A DNA stretch of 64,000 nucleotides from an uncultured Bacteroidota bacterium (GCA_902583445.1 CACHVZ010000002.1:82191-146190), one strand, 5' to 3'; shown: positions 36,779-45,761, numbered from the stretch's first letter. The notes: a model not told the origin generated them from the sequence alone. Numbers and translations are program-made.

Positions 36779-39292
36779 TTAAAATGGATAATTAATTCCA
36801 ATATTATAAACTGCTTTTTTTAATTTGAAATCATTAAACCACCTTTTACCTTTAATTTGTGAGGGGTTATGTGTTTTAAATCCGACATCTAATCTTAAAA
36901 CAAAAAAGTTAAAGTCATACCTTAATCCAGCCCCAGATCCTACTGCTAGTTCTTTTAAATCAGAAAAATTGTCAAAAGTCATTGATTTGTCATCAACATT
37001 ATCATTAAAATTCCAAATATTACCTATATCAATAAACAATGCACCATTAAGTTTTCCACTAATCTTAGATCTATATTCAAAATTAAAAGCAATTTTAAAA
37101 TTTGCTTCATTAAATTCATTTATATTATTGCTGCTACCTGGCCCTAATTTATAAGCTTTCCAAGCTCTATTATCGTTAGATCCTCCAGCATAATATGATC
37201 TAGAAAAAGGTATATAGTTTGAATTCCCATATGGAACTGCAACACCTGTAAAAGCTCTTAGAGCAAAAACATTTCCACTATTTAGTAAAAAATGTTTAAT
37301 GTAATTAATTTCAGCCTTTGCGTACTGGGATGGAATTATATTTGAAATTTCTACTTTACCATCAGAGTTAATATTGTTTGATTTTAAAATTTCGTTAAAT
37401 AAATTACCAACCAATTCCAGCTTTACTCTTATTTGAGAGAAATCCTCATCTAAGAAGCTTTCTTGAGTATTTCTATTAATAGTTAAAGATGATCCAATAA
37501 TAATATTATTTTCAGTTAGTCTTTCTTTCCTCTCTAAAATTGAATTTACATCTTTAAAAAATTCGTTATCATCTTCTAAACTAGTTTCATTGTTTAAAAC
37601 TTGCTTTATAAATTTATTTGTACCATCGGGAATTAATAAATCTCCATTTTCATCAATTATTGATTGATCAAGATTGTATAATGAAGAAATATAATTCAGT
37701 TTATCATAAGAGTTTCTGTAGACATTAAAATAATTTGAGATATTTTGATTATTGACATACTCAAAGTCTAGAATTTTAAAATTTACTTTAGAATATGCTT
37801 TTGGACTCCAATTAATCTCATAAATACTACTGTAGTATTGTTTATCAAGACCAATATTTTTTTGCAGCGTTGTTCCTAAAATTATATTTGTTACCGGGTT
37901 CATTTCTTTCCTAATAATTTTATTAGAATTAAATGGAAGAACAGCTCTAGGTATCCTTAGATTTAAATTACCCCCTAACTCAAAAAGATTGAAGAATGAA
38001 TCATCTAAAATTGATATATCCTTAGAAGCACCAATTGAATTTTTAAGGTTAATTGAGAGATTTTCAGTTCTTCTAAAAATATTTCTTATGTTTAAATTAG
38101 ATCCTAAAGAAATACCGAAGTCTTCAATATTTGAATGTGTAAAATCTAAATCAAACCCAAGACTGAATCTTTCTCTTGGAAATAGAAAAATTGATGATGT
38201 AAGTGATTTATCATTTTCTTCATAAATAATTCTTGGGTATTTAAAGTTTCCTAGATTAGAAAAATATCGGGAAGTAAGTATTTTATTCTCTTCACTGTAA
38301 TAATCTGTTTTATTAAAAAAAATTGGCTCAGTAAGAGATTTAGGATAGTAGTTTAGTTTTCCTTTTGAAAAAATATTAATACCGTTATAATTTATTGAAT
38401 CTGTATATGAATCAATATTAGATAGTTCATCCAATGATTCTACGAATATATTTATATTATCAATTTTCTTTATTTGGTAATCAGTCTCTTGGTCTATGTT
38501 TTTGACATTTAAAATTATTGGTATTTTTTTTAAATTACCGGTACTATCAATTAGTACTTGATAATTAATACTTCTTTGCTGGAAGTTATTTATCCCATTA
38601 TTTTTGAATAATTTAATAAGTCTATCTCTCTCCAATACAAGTTTATCAATTGTAAAGAATTCACCTTTTTTTATTCGGCTTTGACTAATGTTGACTTTAT
38701 ACAGAGAATCTAGATCTTTAGATTCGATATTTACAGTTATTGAATCAATCAAATACCTTTCTTTGGTTTCTACTGAATATTTGGCAGTTAATTGATTGAA
38801 CTCTATAATTGAGTCATATGTAATATTTGAGTCAAAATAACCTTTGCTATCATAAAATCTTTTAAGTCTTTCTATGTTTTTTTTAATATCAATATCATTT
38901 ATAGTAATTGGTTCTTGCCCAATGTTTTTTAGGAAATCGTTAAATGAGTTATTATACCTCTTTAATTGATCTATTTGTTTATTAGAAATAAGTTTTTCTA
39001 ATCTATTAGATCTATTTTCATTCTTTTCTAACCATATTCTAAACTTCTCATCAGGATTATCATTAGCAAGATTATTAATTGCTAATCCAAGTGGATATCT
39101 TAAAAATTTATTAACGGGTGATGGTTGAATAAGTAAATTGACGGGATCTTTTTTAACAATACTATCGTTAACTTCAAGTATATTTTTAACAAGAATTGGG
39201 TCATCAAATTTATTATAAATCTTTGAACTACAACTACTTATGAATATTAAGAGAGCTAATAAAAAAAGTGAAAAATTTCTAGTAAAAGTCAA
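36779..39292 (-). CDS. Omp85-family outer-membrane protein with a lipoprotein signal (TamL-like)
   Basis: 837 aa. The signal peptide ends in the lipobox LIFISSC. A long N-terminal POTRA-like region is followed by a C-terminal beta-barrel with a beta-signal-like end, ...YNIGINYPF. TTG start. Confidence 0.65.
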   Translation of the reverse strand: MTFTRNFSLFLLALLIFISSCSSKIYNKFDDPILVKNILEVNDSIVKKDPVNLLIQPSPVNKFLRYPLGLAINNLANDNPDEKFRIWLEKNENRSNRLEKLISNKQIDQLKRYNNSFNDFLKNIGQEPITINDIDIKKNIERLKRFYDSKGYFDSNITYDSIIEFNQLTAKYSVETKERYLIDSITVNIESKDLDSLYKVNISQSRIKKGEFFTIDKLVLERDRLIKLFKNNGINNFQQRSINYQVLIDSTGNLKKIPIILNVKNIDQETDYQIKKIDNINIFVESLDELSNIDSYTDSINYNGINIFSKGKLNYYPKSLTEPIFFNKTDYYSEENKILTSRYFSNLGNFKYPRIIYEENDKSLTSSIFLFPRERFSLGFDLDFTHSNIEDFGISLGSNLNIRNIFRRTENLSINLKNSIGASKDISILDDSFFNLFELGGNLNLRIPRAVLPFNSNKIIRKEMNPVTNIILGTTLQKNIGLDKQYYSSIYEINWSPKAYSKVNFKILDFEYVNNQNISNYFNVYRNSYDKLNYISSLYNLDQSIIDENGDLLIPDGTNKFIKQVLNNETSLEDDNEFFKDVNSILERKERLTENNIIIGSSLTINRNTQESFLDEDFSQIRVKLELVGNLFNEILKSNNINSDGKVEISNIIPSQYAKAEINYIKHFLLNSGNVFALRAFTGVAVPYGNSNYIPFSRSYYAGGSNDNRAWKAYKLGPGSSNNINEFNEANFKIAFNFEYRSKISGKLNGALFIDIGNIWNFNDNVDDKSMTFDNFSDLKELAVGSGAGLRYDFNFFVLRLDVGFKTHNPSQIKGKRWFNDFKLKKAVYNIGINYPF

Positions 39293-39307
39293 TTTTTTTT
39301 TTTTTTT
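39293..39307 (-). repeat. 15-nt homopolymer (A15 on the coding strand) directly abutting the TTG start of the Omp85 gene
   Basis: T15 on the plus strand at 39293-39307. The in-frame upstream codons are AAA x5 preceded by TAG. Confidence 0.9.
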
Positions 39308-39326
39308 CTAAATTACATTTTTTAGC

Positions 39327-40067
39327 TCAATAATTTCTTTGTCGTACTAGTTCAAATATTACTGCTGAAAATGCAGCAGATACATTTAATGAATCTATAT
39401 TAGAGCTAATTGGAATCATAAGTATATCATCAGAAAGGTTTAAAACTCCTTTTGTAATTCCTTTATCTTCAGATCCTAAAATTAAACCTACTGATTTTTT
39501 ATAATCCTTATTATAAATACTTTTACTAGCTTTTTCTGATAAACTATAAATTTCTATGCCTAATGATTTTATGTGAATTATTGCATCTTTTAAATTATTA
39601 ACTCTTGCAATCGGTATGTTAAATACTGATCCAGATGATGTTTTTATAACATCTGAGTTTATAGGGGCTGAGTTATTCTGTGAAATAATTATTCCAGTTA
39701 CTCCAGCAGCAACTGATGTTCTTATTATAGCCCCAAAATTTCTAGTGTCAGTTATGCCATCTAAAAGTAAATAAGTAAGTTGTTTTGACTCATTATATGT
39801 CAATTCTATTAATTCTTCGATTGACATAAGTGGAACTGGAGATAAAATTGCTACAGCTCCTTGATGGTTCTTATTTTTATACTTATTAAATTTTTCTTTT
39901 GGAACATATGAATATTTTATGCTCTCTTTTTCTAGTTTTTCTACTAATGACCTAAACAGAATACTTGAGGAGGATGACTTAATTAATAAAACTTTTGATA
40001 TTTCCTTTGATGAATCAATTGCCTCTATTATACTTCTTAAACCATATATTTCTATGTTTTTATTCAT
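39327..40067 (-). CDS. rlmB: SpoU/TrmH-family rRNA 2'-O-methyltransferase (RlmB-like)
   Basis: 246 aa with N-terminal IYGLRSIIEAI, plus LLDGITDTRNFGAIIRT and LGSEDKGI. Confidence 0.8.
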   Translation of the reverse strand: MNKNIEIYGLRSIIEAIDSSKEISKVLLIKSSSSSILFRSLVEKLEKESIKYSYVPKEKFNKYKNKNHQGAVAILSPVPLMSIEELIELTYNESKQLTYLLLDGITDTRNFGAIIRTSVAAGVTGIIISQNNSAPINSDVIKTSSGSVFNIPIARVNNLKDAIIHIKSLGIEIYSLSEKASKSIYNKDYKKSVGLILGSEDKGITKGVLNLSDDILMIPISSNIDSLNVSAAFSAVIFELVRQRNY

Positions 40068-40070
40068 ATT

Positions 40071-40098
40071 AAAAAAAAGGAGGTTTTATAAAACCTCC
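40071..40098 (-). terminator. Intrinsic-terminator-like hairpin plus U8, ending 3 nt upstream of the rlmB ATG
   Basis: The minus strand reads GGAGGTTT-TATA-AAACCTCC followed by TTTTTTTT, then AAT-ATG. The stem is 8 bp (40079-40086 with 40091-40098). Confidence 0.55.
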
Positions 40099-40144
40099 TT
40101 TTAAATTAGTCAAAATTTAAATGACTATCTACATACATTAGTAG

Positions 40145-40174
40145 CAAAATTATTTTTAAAAAAAATATGTCAAA
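40145..40174 (-). promoter_or_regulatory. Candidate promoter (-33 TTTG, 18-nt spacer, -7 TAATTTTG) between the two terminators
   Basis: The minus strand reads TTTG (40174-40171), then N18, then TAATTTTG (40152-40145). The -33 element is formed by the end of the susD terminator U-tract. Confidence 0.35.
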
Positions 40175-40196
40175 AAAAACCCACCATAAAGGTGGG
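40172..40196 (-). terminator. Rho-independent terminator of susD
   Basis: The minus strand reads CCCACC-TTTAT-GGTGGG followed by T8. It lies 28 nt after the susD stop. Confidence 0.8.
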
Positions 40197-40224
40197 TTTT
40201 ATTATTTATCAAATTAAACTTGGT

Positions 40225-41562
40225 TTAATTGAAAATTGGAACTTTTACAAATTGATCAACAATTCCAGGGAAATTTTCATTTGATGAAGACTCCTCAGCT
40301 GGATAGAAATATCTTTGAGGAATAACATTTGTGTTAGTATTTTTAACTCTTGTTCCAATTAAGTTATTGTTTCTTCTAACATCATGGTAAGTAGGACCTC
40401 CAATAACAGATTTGAATTTTTCAATCATAATCTCCATTGTCATTGCAGCTGAAGTACTTAATCCTCTGTTTACCATACCTCCAGCAGCAAAATCTGCTGT
40501 TGTGTATGCATCAAAGTTTCCTCCATACTTACTATTGTTACTAGCTCTTACTGCGTTTAATGCAGCTAATGCATCATTTGGACTAGTTCCTACTGATGTT
40601 TCAGCAATAATTAATTGAACTTCTTCAAATGAAACAACTGGATAATTTCTGTCAACAGCGGCAAAACCGTCAGTTGTATTCATACTAACTCCATTACTTT
40701 GATCGACATACCATGCAAATCTACCTGACTCATCAGTTTTTGCGTTTCCGCTATATATTGATGATGCAGGATTAATTAAGTCTGACATGTAACTATTTTG
40801 AACTCTAAGATAATCTTGTCTTTCTTCGACTTCGAACATCCAGAATAAGTTCTCCATGTAGTTTGTAGTAGAATGTATAATATCCCAATCGTTATCAGTA
40901 CTAGTGAAGTTTGCAGCTCTTGCAGAAGCTAACGCAGCTGAATTGTTACCCATGGCCAAGTTATATCTAGCCAAAAGAGCATTACCTACTTGACTCCAAG
41001 TTGAAGACGTAGAAAATACATTGTTTGCAGCAGATACGCTACCAGCTTTTTGAATACCAGACTGAATTAATGCAATTGCACCATTCATTACAGTTGCCTG
41101 CGACTCATAAACTGGATCTGGGAAGTCAAGGTTATTAACCTCTGAAAAAGGAATATCTCCAAAAACAAGTGCTGTTTCTGCAAAATAATATCCCTCAAGT
41201 ATTTCAGCAATACCTTGAATTTGAGCGTTACCAGCTTCTACAGCTTTTGCTTTTGCTACTTGAGCTTGAGAAACTCCAGCAGAAAGACCATCTGACCAAA
41301 ATTCGCCATAGCTATTAGAATTTACTGAATAAATATTCCAAGTTGCGTACTGTCTATCAAACCCAGTAAGTTGGTCTGTGAACATTGCTGCAACCCTTGC
41401 AGGCGCAGCCTCAGCAACAGCAGCAACATTTAACAAAGCATGATTTATAATTAAACCAATAGGAGCATCAGTAAACGCATTTGGGTTATCATTTAAGTCC
41501 TCGTCTATTTCACATCCTATGAATAGAGAGGTAATTGCTAAAAGTGTTATAAATTTTTTCAT
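40225..41562 (-). CDS. susD: SusD/RagB-family nutrient-binding outer-membrane lipoprotein (short form)
   Basis: 445 aa with the lipobox LFIGC and an Ala/Gly-rich helical TPR-like body. It sits immediately downstream of susC. Confidence 0.85.
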   Translation of the reverse strand: MKKFITLLAITSLFIGCEIDEDLNDNPNAFTDAPIGLIINHALLNVAAVAEAAPARVAAMFTDQLTGFDRQYATWNIYSVNSNSYGEFWSDGLSAGVSQAQVAKAKAVEAGNAQIQGIAEILEGYYFAETALVFGDIPFSEVNNLDFPDPVYESQATVMNGAIALIQSGIQKAGSVSAANNVFSTSSTWSQVGNALLARYNLAMGNNSAALASARAANFTSTDNDWDIIHSTTNYMENLFWMFEVEERQDYLRVQNSYMSDLINPASSIYSGNAKTDESGRFAWYVDQSNGVSMNTTDGFAAVDRNYPVVSFEEVQLIIAETSVGTSPNDALAALNAVRASNNSKYGGNFDAYTTADFAAGGMVNRGLSTSAAMTMEIMIEKFKSVIGGPTYHDVRRNNNLIGTRVKNTNTNVIPQRYFYPAEESSSNENFPGIVDQFVKVPIFN

Positions 41563-41580
41563 TTTATTTCCTATTAGTGA

Positions 41581-44500
41581 TTAAAAGTTAAGTTTTAAAT
41601 TAAACAGAAAAGATTCTGTATTAGGGTTAGTAAAGTATTCAACTCCTCTAGCCTTTCCAGCACCTACTAAACTTATTTCCGGATCTATATCAGGAAAATC
41701 AGTTTGTAAAAGGAAGTTTCTACCTGTAATTCCAAAAGAACCGCCTTTAGCACCAATTGGTGTTAAAATTGACGATGGAAGGTCATAGCTTAAAGATACT
41801 TCTCTAAGTTTAATGAAAGATGCATCATATATGAATAACTCATCTTGCGAACCAAAACCACCACCATCTGTTCTATACCATCCTTCTTCTAATGCTACTA
41901 GACCACCACCGAAGTCACCAATGTTTCCTCTAAATGAAGTACCAGCAGGAACAGTTCCACCAAATCCTCCAGCATATTTTGGAAGATCCTGAGGAGCTAC
42001 TGACTCAACTGCAGTATTTGGGTGAATACCAAAGTAGTGAAGTACACTATAAGTACCAGCCCACATTTCGTTACCTTGTGAAGTTTCGAACACAAATGAG
42101 AAGTCCCAAGGGCCTTTTGTAATAGAAGCACCTAAACCAGCTCTATAGTCTGGCTGTGCAGATCCAGTAACACCATTTTCAGCAGCAAGTACTGGGAAAC
42201 CATCAGAATCAGTAACAAAACTTCCGTCAGCATTTTTTTCAAAATACCCACCATAGAAAGAGTTAAAATCTTCTCCTTCTACAATAGAAGCTACAAAACC
42301 TCCCATATAAACTGCACTTACACCTGGAAGCTTTTCAACAACGTTTTCAGCTGCTGTATAGTTACCAAAAATGTTAATTGCAGTATCTGCGTTAGAATAT
42401 AAGTTGTAGTTGAAGTCAAACTCAATACCTTTATTTGAAATTTCTACTACGTTATCATAAAGACTCGTGAATCCAGTTGATGGAGGAGCCTCAAGTGATA
42501 AAATACCGTCAGTAGTTAAACGATCATAATATGTTAAACCTACTGTTAATGAATTGTCAAAGAATCTAGCATCAGCACCAACTTCGTACTCAGTTACTTT
42601 TTCAACTGTTAAGTTAGGGTTACCCTGAACACTACTTCTTCTTGAAGTACCACCATAGTTTGCACCATCGATGTAATCACCCCATCCTTCAGAACCTGCT
42701 GTAGATGGACCAAATGTACTTCTGTTTAAGTATAATGAAGGAGAAATACCTACCTCACCATAAGAAGCTCTAAGTTTTAAAAATGATAATGTACCTGACT
42801 GAGAGTCATTAGCAATATATCCAACTTGTGCAGATGGATAAAATACCTGATCAGAAACAGTTGTTGAGTTTTCTAATCTACCAGCAAGATCAACAATTAA
42901 ATCTTCAGCGATAGTGAATGTTGTACTAAAGTATGTTGAGTTTTTTTGGTTTGTAGATTTATACTCACTAGCACCAATATTTGGGTTCTCAGCATTACCA
43001 ACTAATTGCTTAGATGGGTCTGGATTTAAGAAACCAACAGTAGAGGAGCTGAATCTATAATATTCACTATTTTCGTATACATAACCAACAATTGCATTTA
43101 AGTTAATATCGTCTGTTAAATCAAAGTTACCGTTTACAAAAACGTTAGCATTTTCAATTCTTTGTTCATAATCATCTTTGAAAAAACCACCATTTGTATA
43201 AGAACCTGCAGACTCAACTGGATAATATTCCTCTCTTCTATCAGAATAGAAGTCTAATCCATATCTACCTGTAACAGTAATGTTATCCGCAAGAGTTACT
43301 CTAACCTGTGGCGCAAGAATTATACGATCAACTTCGTTAGGGTTATCTAGCTCATTGATTGTCCATCCTGGGTTATTATAAATAGCTGGAGCTTGACCAA
43401 TATGTCTTGCTCTGTACGATCTATGACTTAGAGGTGTACCAACAGCATCATTAGGACCTGAGTAGTATGTACCAATGTAATCAGTATTGTTAAAATCAGG
43501 AGAGGTTCTTAAGTATCCTAAATATAAACCATTAAGGTTTGAACTTTGCTGAATTCTTTCAGACTCCGATCCGATGTAAGAAGCATTAATTCTTGCCTCT
43601 AACCATGGAGTTAACTGGGTAGTCTGGTTAATTCTGAAAGTATTTCTTAGATAATTAGATTTTCCGTTAATAACACCTTCTTGATCTAATCTAGAGTAAC
43701 TTAAATAGGTGTTACTATTTTCGTTTGCTCTAAAATTAACACCTAAGCTGTAATTTTGAGTAAGACCAGTTCTAAAAATTTGATCTCTGTTTTCCTTATT
43801 AAATGTTTGCTTAGAGTTTTTTTGAGTTACAGGGTAATAAGTTTGACCTGTAATATCACCAACAAAGTAAGGGCCAGAAGTATCATAAACATCAGAGCCA
43901 CCAGATCTATCAGCGATTTTATCTCCCCAAGTTAAACCTGAAGCATTAGAGTTCCAATTTCCACCGAAACCTTGTCCGTAAAGATTTTGCTTTGGATGCT
44001 CTCTGTTAACCTCGTCTATAGAGACAGATGCACTAAAATCAATACTCATTTCTCCAACACCAGCATTTCCTTGATTAGTAGTAATTACAAGAGCACCATT
44101 TGCAGCACCAGAACCCCATAAGGCAGTAGCAGCCGCACCTTTAAGTACAGTAACACTAGCTATATCACTAGCAGGTATATCGTTTAAACGTGATGATTCA
44201 GAAACACCAGCTGTGTTCGAACCAAAAGTTGCATTAGATATTGGGACACCATCTACAATTATCAATGGTGTACTAGCACCTAATATTGTATTTTGTCCAC
44301 GAATCTGAACGTAACCACCTGCACCTGGGTCACCTGTATTTGATGTGACAATCACACCGGAAGTTTTACCAGCAAGACCTTGAATAAGACCACTTTCACC
44401 TGAACGTTGAATAACCTCGCTCTTAATAAGTGTTGCGGAACTTACATCCTCATCTTTCTTAACTTCTAGACCTAGTGCAGTTACTACAACTTCTTCTAAT

Positions 44501-44790
44501 TCGTTGTCAGACTGTAATGAAAAGTTATAAGTACTACCAGAACCAACAGTTACTAGTGAGTTTTCATAACCAACAAAACTAACAACAAGAACATCTCCAT
44601 TATCTGCAGATATAGAAAAGTTCCCATCAAAATCAGTTGTTACCCCGGTAGATGTTCCTTGGATTAAAACGGTAGCTCCAGGAAGTGGAATACCATCAGA
44701 ATCAGAAACAACACCAGATATTGTTCTCTGTGCTAAAGCTACCTGAGCAGTCAGCAAGAAAACCAAAAGTAATCTGAATAAAGTTTTCAT
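41581..44790 (-). CDS. susC: SusC/RagA-family TonB-dependent outer-membrane transporter
   Basis: 1069 aa. It has a signal peptide, a carboxypeptidase-regulatory-like N-domain (ISGVVSDSDGIPLPGATVLIQG ... DFDGNFSI), a TonB-box-like ELEEVVVTALG, a plug (GLAGKTSGV ... IRG), and a terminal ...FNLKLNF. Confidence 0.9.
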   Translation of the reverse strand: MKTLFRLLLVFLLTAQVALAQRTISGVVSDSDGIPLPGATVLIQGTSTGVTTDFDGNFSISADNGDVLVVSFVGYENSLVTVGSGSTYNFSLQSDNELEEVVVTALGLEVKKDEDVSSATLIKSEVIQRSGESGLIQGLAGKTSGVIVTSNTGDPGAGGYVQIRGQNTILGASTPLIIVDGVPISNATFGSNTAGVSESSRLNDIPASDIASVTVLKGAAATALWGSGAANGALVITTNQGNAGVGEMSIDFSASVSIDEVNREHPKQNLYGQGFGGNWNSNASGLTWGDKIADRSGGSDVYDTSGPYFVGDITGQTYYPVTQKNSKQTFNKENRDQIFRTGLTQNYSLGVNFRANENSNTYLSYSRLDQEGVINGKSNYLRNTFRINQTTQLTPWLEARINASYIGSESERIQQSSNLNGLYLGYLRTSPDFNNTDYIGTYYSGPNDAVGTPLSHRSYRARHIGQAPAIYNNPGWTINELDNPNEVDRIILAPQVRVTLADNITVTGRYGLDFYSDRREEYYPVESAGSYTNGGFFKDDYEQRIENANVFVNGNFDLTDDINLNAIVGYVYENSEYYRFSSSTVGFLNPDPSKQLVGNAENPNIGASEYKSTNQKNSTYFSTTFTIAEDLIVDLAGRLENSTTVSDQVFYPSAQVGYIANDSQSGTLSFLKLRASYGEVGISPSLYLNRSTFGPSTAGSEGWGDYIDGANYGGTSRRSSVQGNPNLTVEKVTEYEVGADARFFDNSLTVGLTYYDRLTTDGILSLEAPPSTGFTSLYDNVVEISNKGIEFDFNYNLYSNADTAINIFGNYTAAENVVEKLPGVSAVYMGGFVASIVEGEDFNSFYGGYFEKNADGSFVTDSDGFPVLAAENGVTGSAQPDYRAGLGASITKGPWDFSFVFETSQGNEMWAGTYSVLHYFGIHPNTAVESVAPQDLPKYAGGFGGTVPAGTSFRGNIGDFGGGLVALEEGWYRTDGGGFGSQDELFIYDASFIKLREVSLSYDLPSSILTPIGAKGGSFGITGRNFLLQTDFPDIDPEISLVGAGKARGVEYFTNPNTESFLFNLKLNF

Positions 44791-44991
44791 AAACTTAAGT
44801 TTAGTTAATAATAATAATTAGTTAATAAATAATTAAATTTTTCGTGAATGCTAAGATACATCAATGATTTCGATTAAAACAACATTTAGAGCCTTAAAAC
44901 CAAAAAAAAATAAAAAAAATGTGTATTTAGTTAAAAAAAAGTTAATATATTAAGCATTTAATAATATTTAGTATTAAAATTTATGAATATA

Positions 44992-45705
44992 TTAATAATC
45001 AGCTGTTTTATTTGCAAATTCAATAATTGAAATAATGGATTCAATTTCCCTTACTTTTAATTTATTTTTATTTATAAACTCTTTTATCTCACCTTGATTT
45101 TTAAAAAAATCAATTAATCTTTTTTTAGAAACTTTAATAAGTTGTGGTTTTTGATCTCTTGTTTGAATGTAAAAATCAGTTTTACTAACATATCTTGGTG
45201 GTTGCGATTCAGTAATTCCAGCTTTTGTCTTTTCAGCTTCTTTGAATATTTTTAACTTTTTTTGATATAAACTATAATTATTTCCATTATATAATCTTAT
45301 CATGTAACCCTTCTTGTTTTTTATATCCTCCTCATCATATTCAAGAAATACATATTCTTTTTTGTTAATTGTTGCAATTACATCACTGTTTTTAAGTAAT
45401 ATAATTTCAGATCTTTCTAAATCTGGTGTACTTGCCATCTCAATTACATCATTATAAGGGTCATACCTCATATACCCGATTGACTCCATTTTGTTACCAA
45501 AATATTTTAAATCTGAAAGTTCAAATTCATCGTTGTAATATTGAGAGCCTTGAACTTTTATGATTTGAGGCCTAATTGTACTTTTATTTCCAAAATATTC
45601 CCAAGCTTGTTGAGCATTTAGATCTAGTCTCGGTTGAATCTCTTGCTGATATAATGTATTTGAAAGTAAAATACTAACTGAGAATAAAATCTTTTTAAAG
45701 CTCAT
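44992..45705 (-). CDS. Hypothetical secreted protein (no family recognised)
   Basis: 237 aa with an N-terminal signal-like segment, MSFKKILFSVSILLSNTLYQQ. It is on the same strand as, and upstream of, susC. Codon and amino-acid style matches the genome background. Confidence 0.5.
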   Translation of the reverse strand: MSFKKILFSVSILLSNTLYQQEIQPRLDLNAQQAWEYFGNKSTIRPQIIKVQGSQYYNDEFELSDLKYFGNKMESIGYMRYDPYNDVIEMASTPDLERSEIILLKNSDVIATINKKEYVFLEYDEEDIKNKKGYMIRLYNGNNYSLYQKKLKIFKEAEKTKAGITESQPPRYVSKTDFYIQTRDQKPQLIKVSKKRLIDFFKNQGEIKEFINKNKLKVREIESIISIIEFANKTADY

Positions 45706-45744
45706 ATTTAATTTTTGTAGGGAGATATATTCGCAAAATTTTTA

Positions 45745-45752
45745 CAAAAGTA
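45745..45752 (-). promoter_or_regulatory. Candidate -7 promoter box upstream of the hypothetical gene (possible susCD operon promoter)
   Basis: The reverse strand reads TACTTTTG, 39 nt upstream of the ATG at 45705. Confidence 0.3.
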
Positions 45753-45761
45753 GAAGAAAAA

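Noticed and set aside
40079-40083. GGAGG in the rlmB leader, and GGAGG abutting the purK ATG (2729-2733), as Shine-Dalgarno sites
   Set aside because: The first is 27 nt from the ATG and buried in the hairpin stem. The second touches the ATG with no spacer. Bacteroidota generally do not rely on SD pairing.
36825-42122. ORFs 36825..37154, 37989..38225, 39919..40104, 40412..40618 and 41934..42122 (all +)
   Set aside because: They are antisense to the Omp85 gene, rlmB, susD and susC. ORF 39919..40104 merely runs out of rlmB antisense into the terminator hairpin.
40225-44790. susCD as a mobile genomic island
   Set aside because: I saw no integrase, transposase, tRNA target, flanking direct repeats or plasmid/phage genes. 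The composition shift can equally reflect very high expression and barrel/TPR amino-acid composition. It is kept as a finding only as a compositional anomaly.
44791-44991. 201-bp spacer upstream of susC as a possible ncRNA, riboswitch or small ORF
   Set aside because: It is extremely AT-rich with poly-A runs. I could find no stable hairpin and no exact -7 box, and only ORFs of 8-9 codons. Nothing supports a structured RNA.
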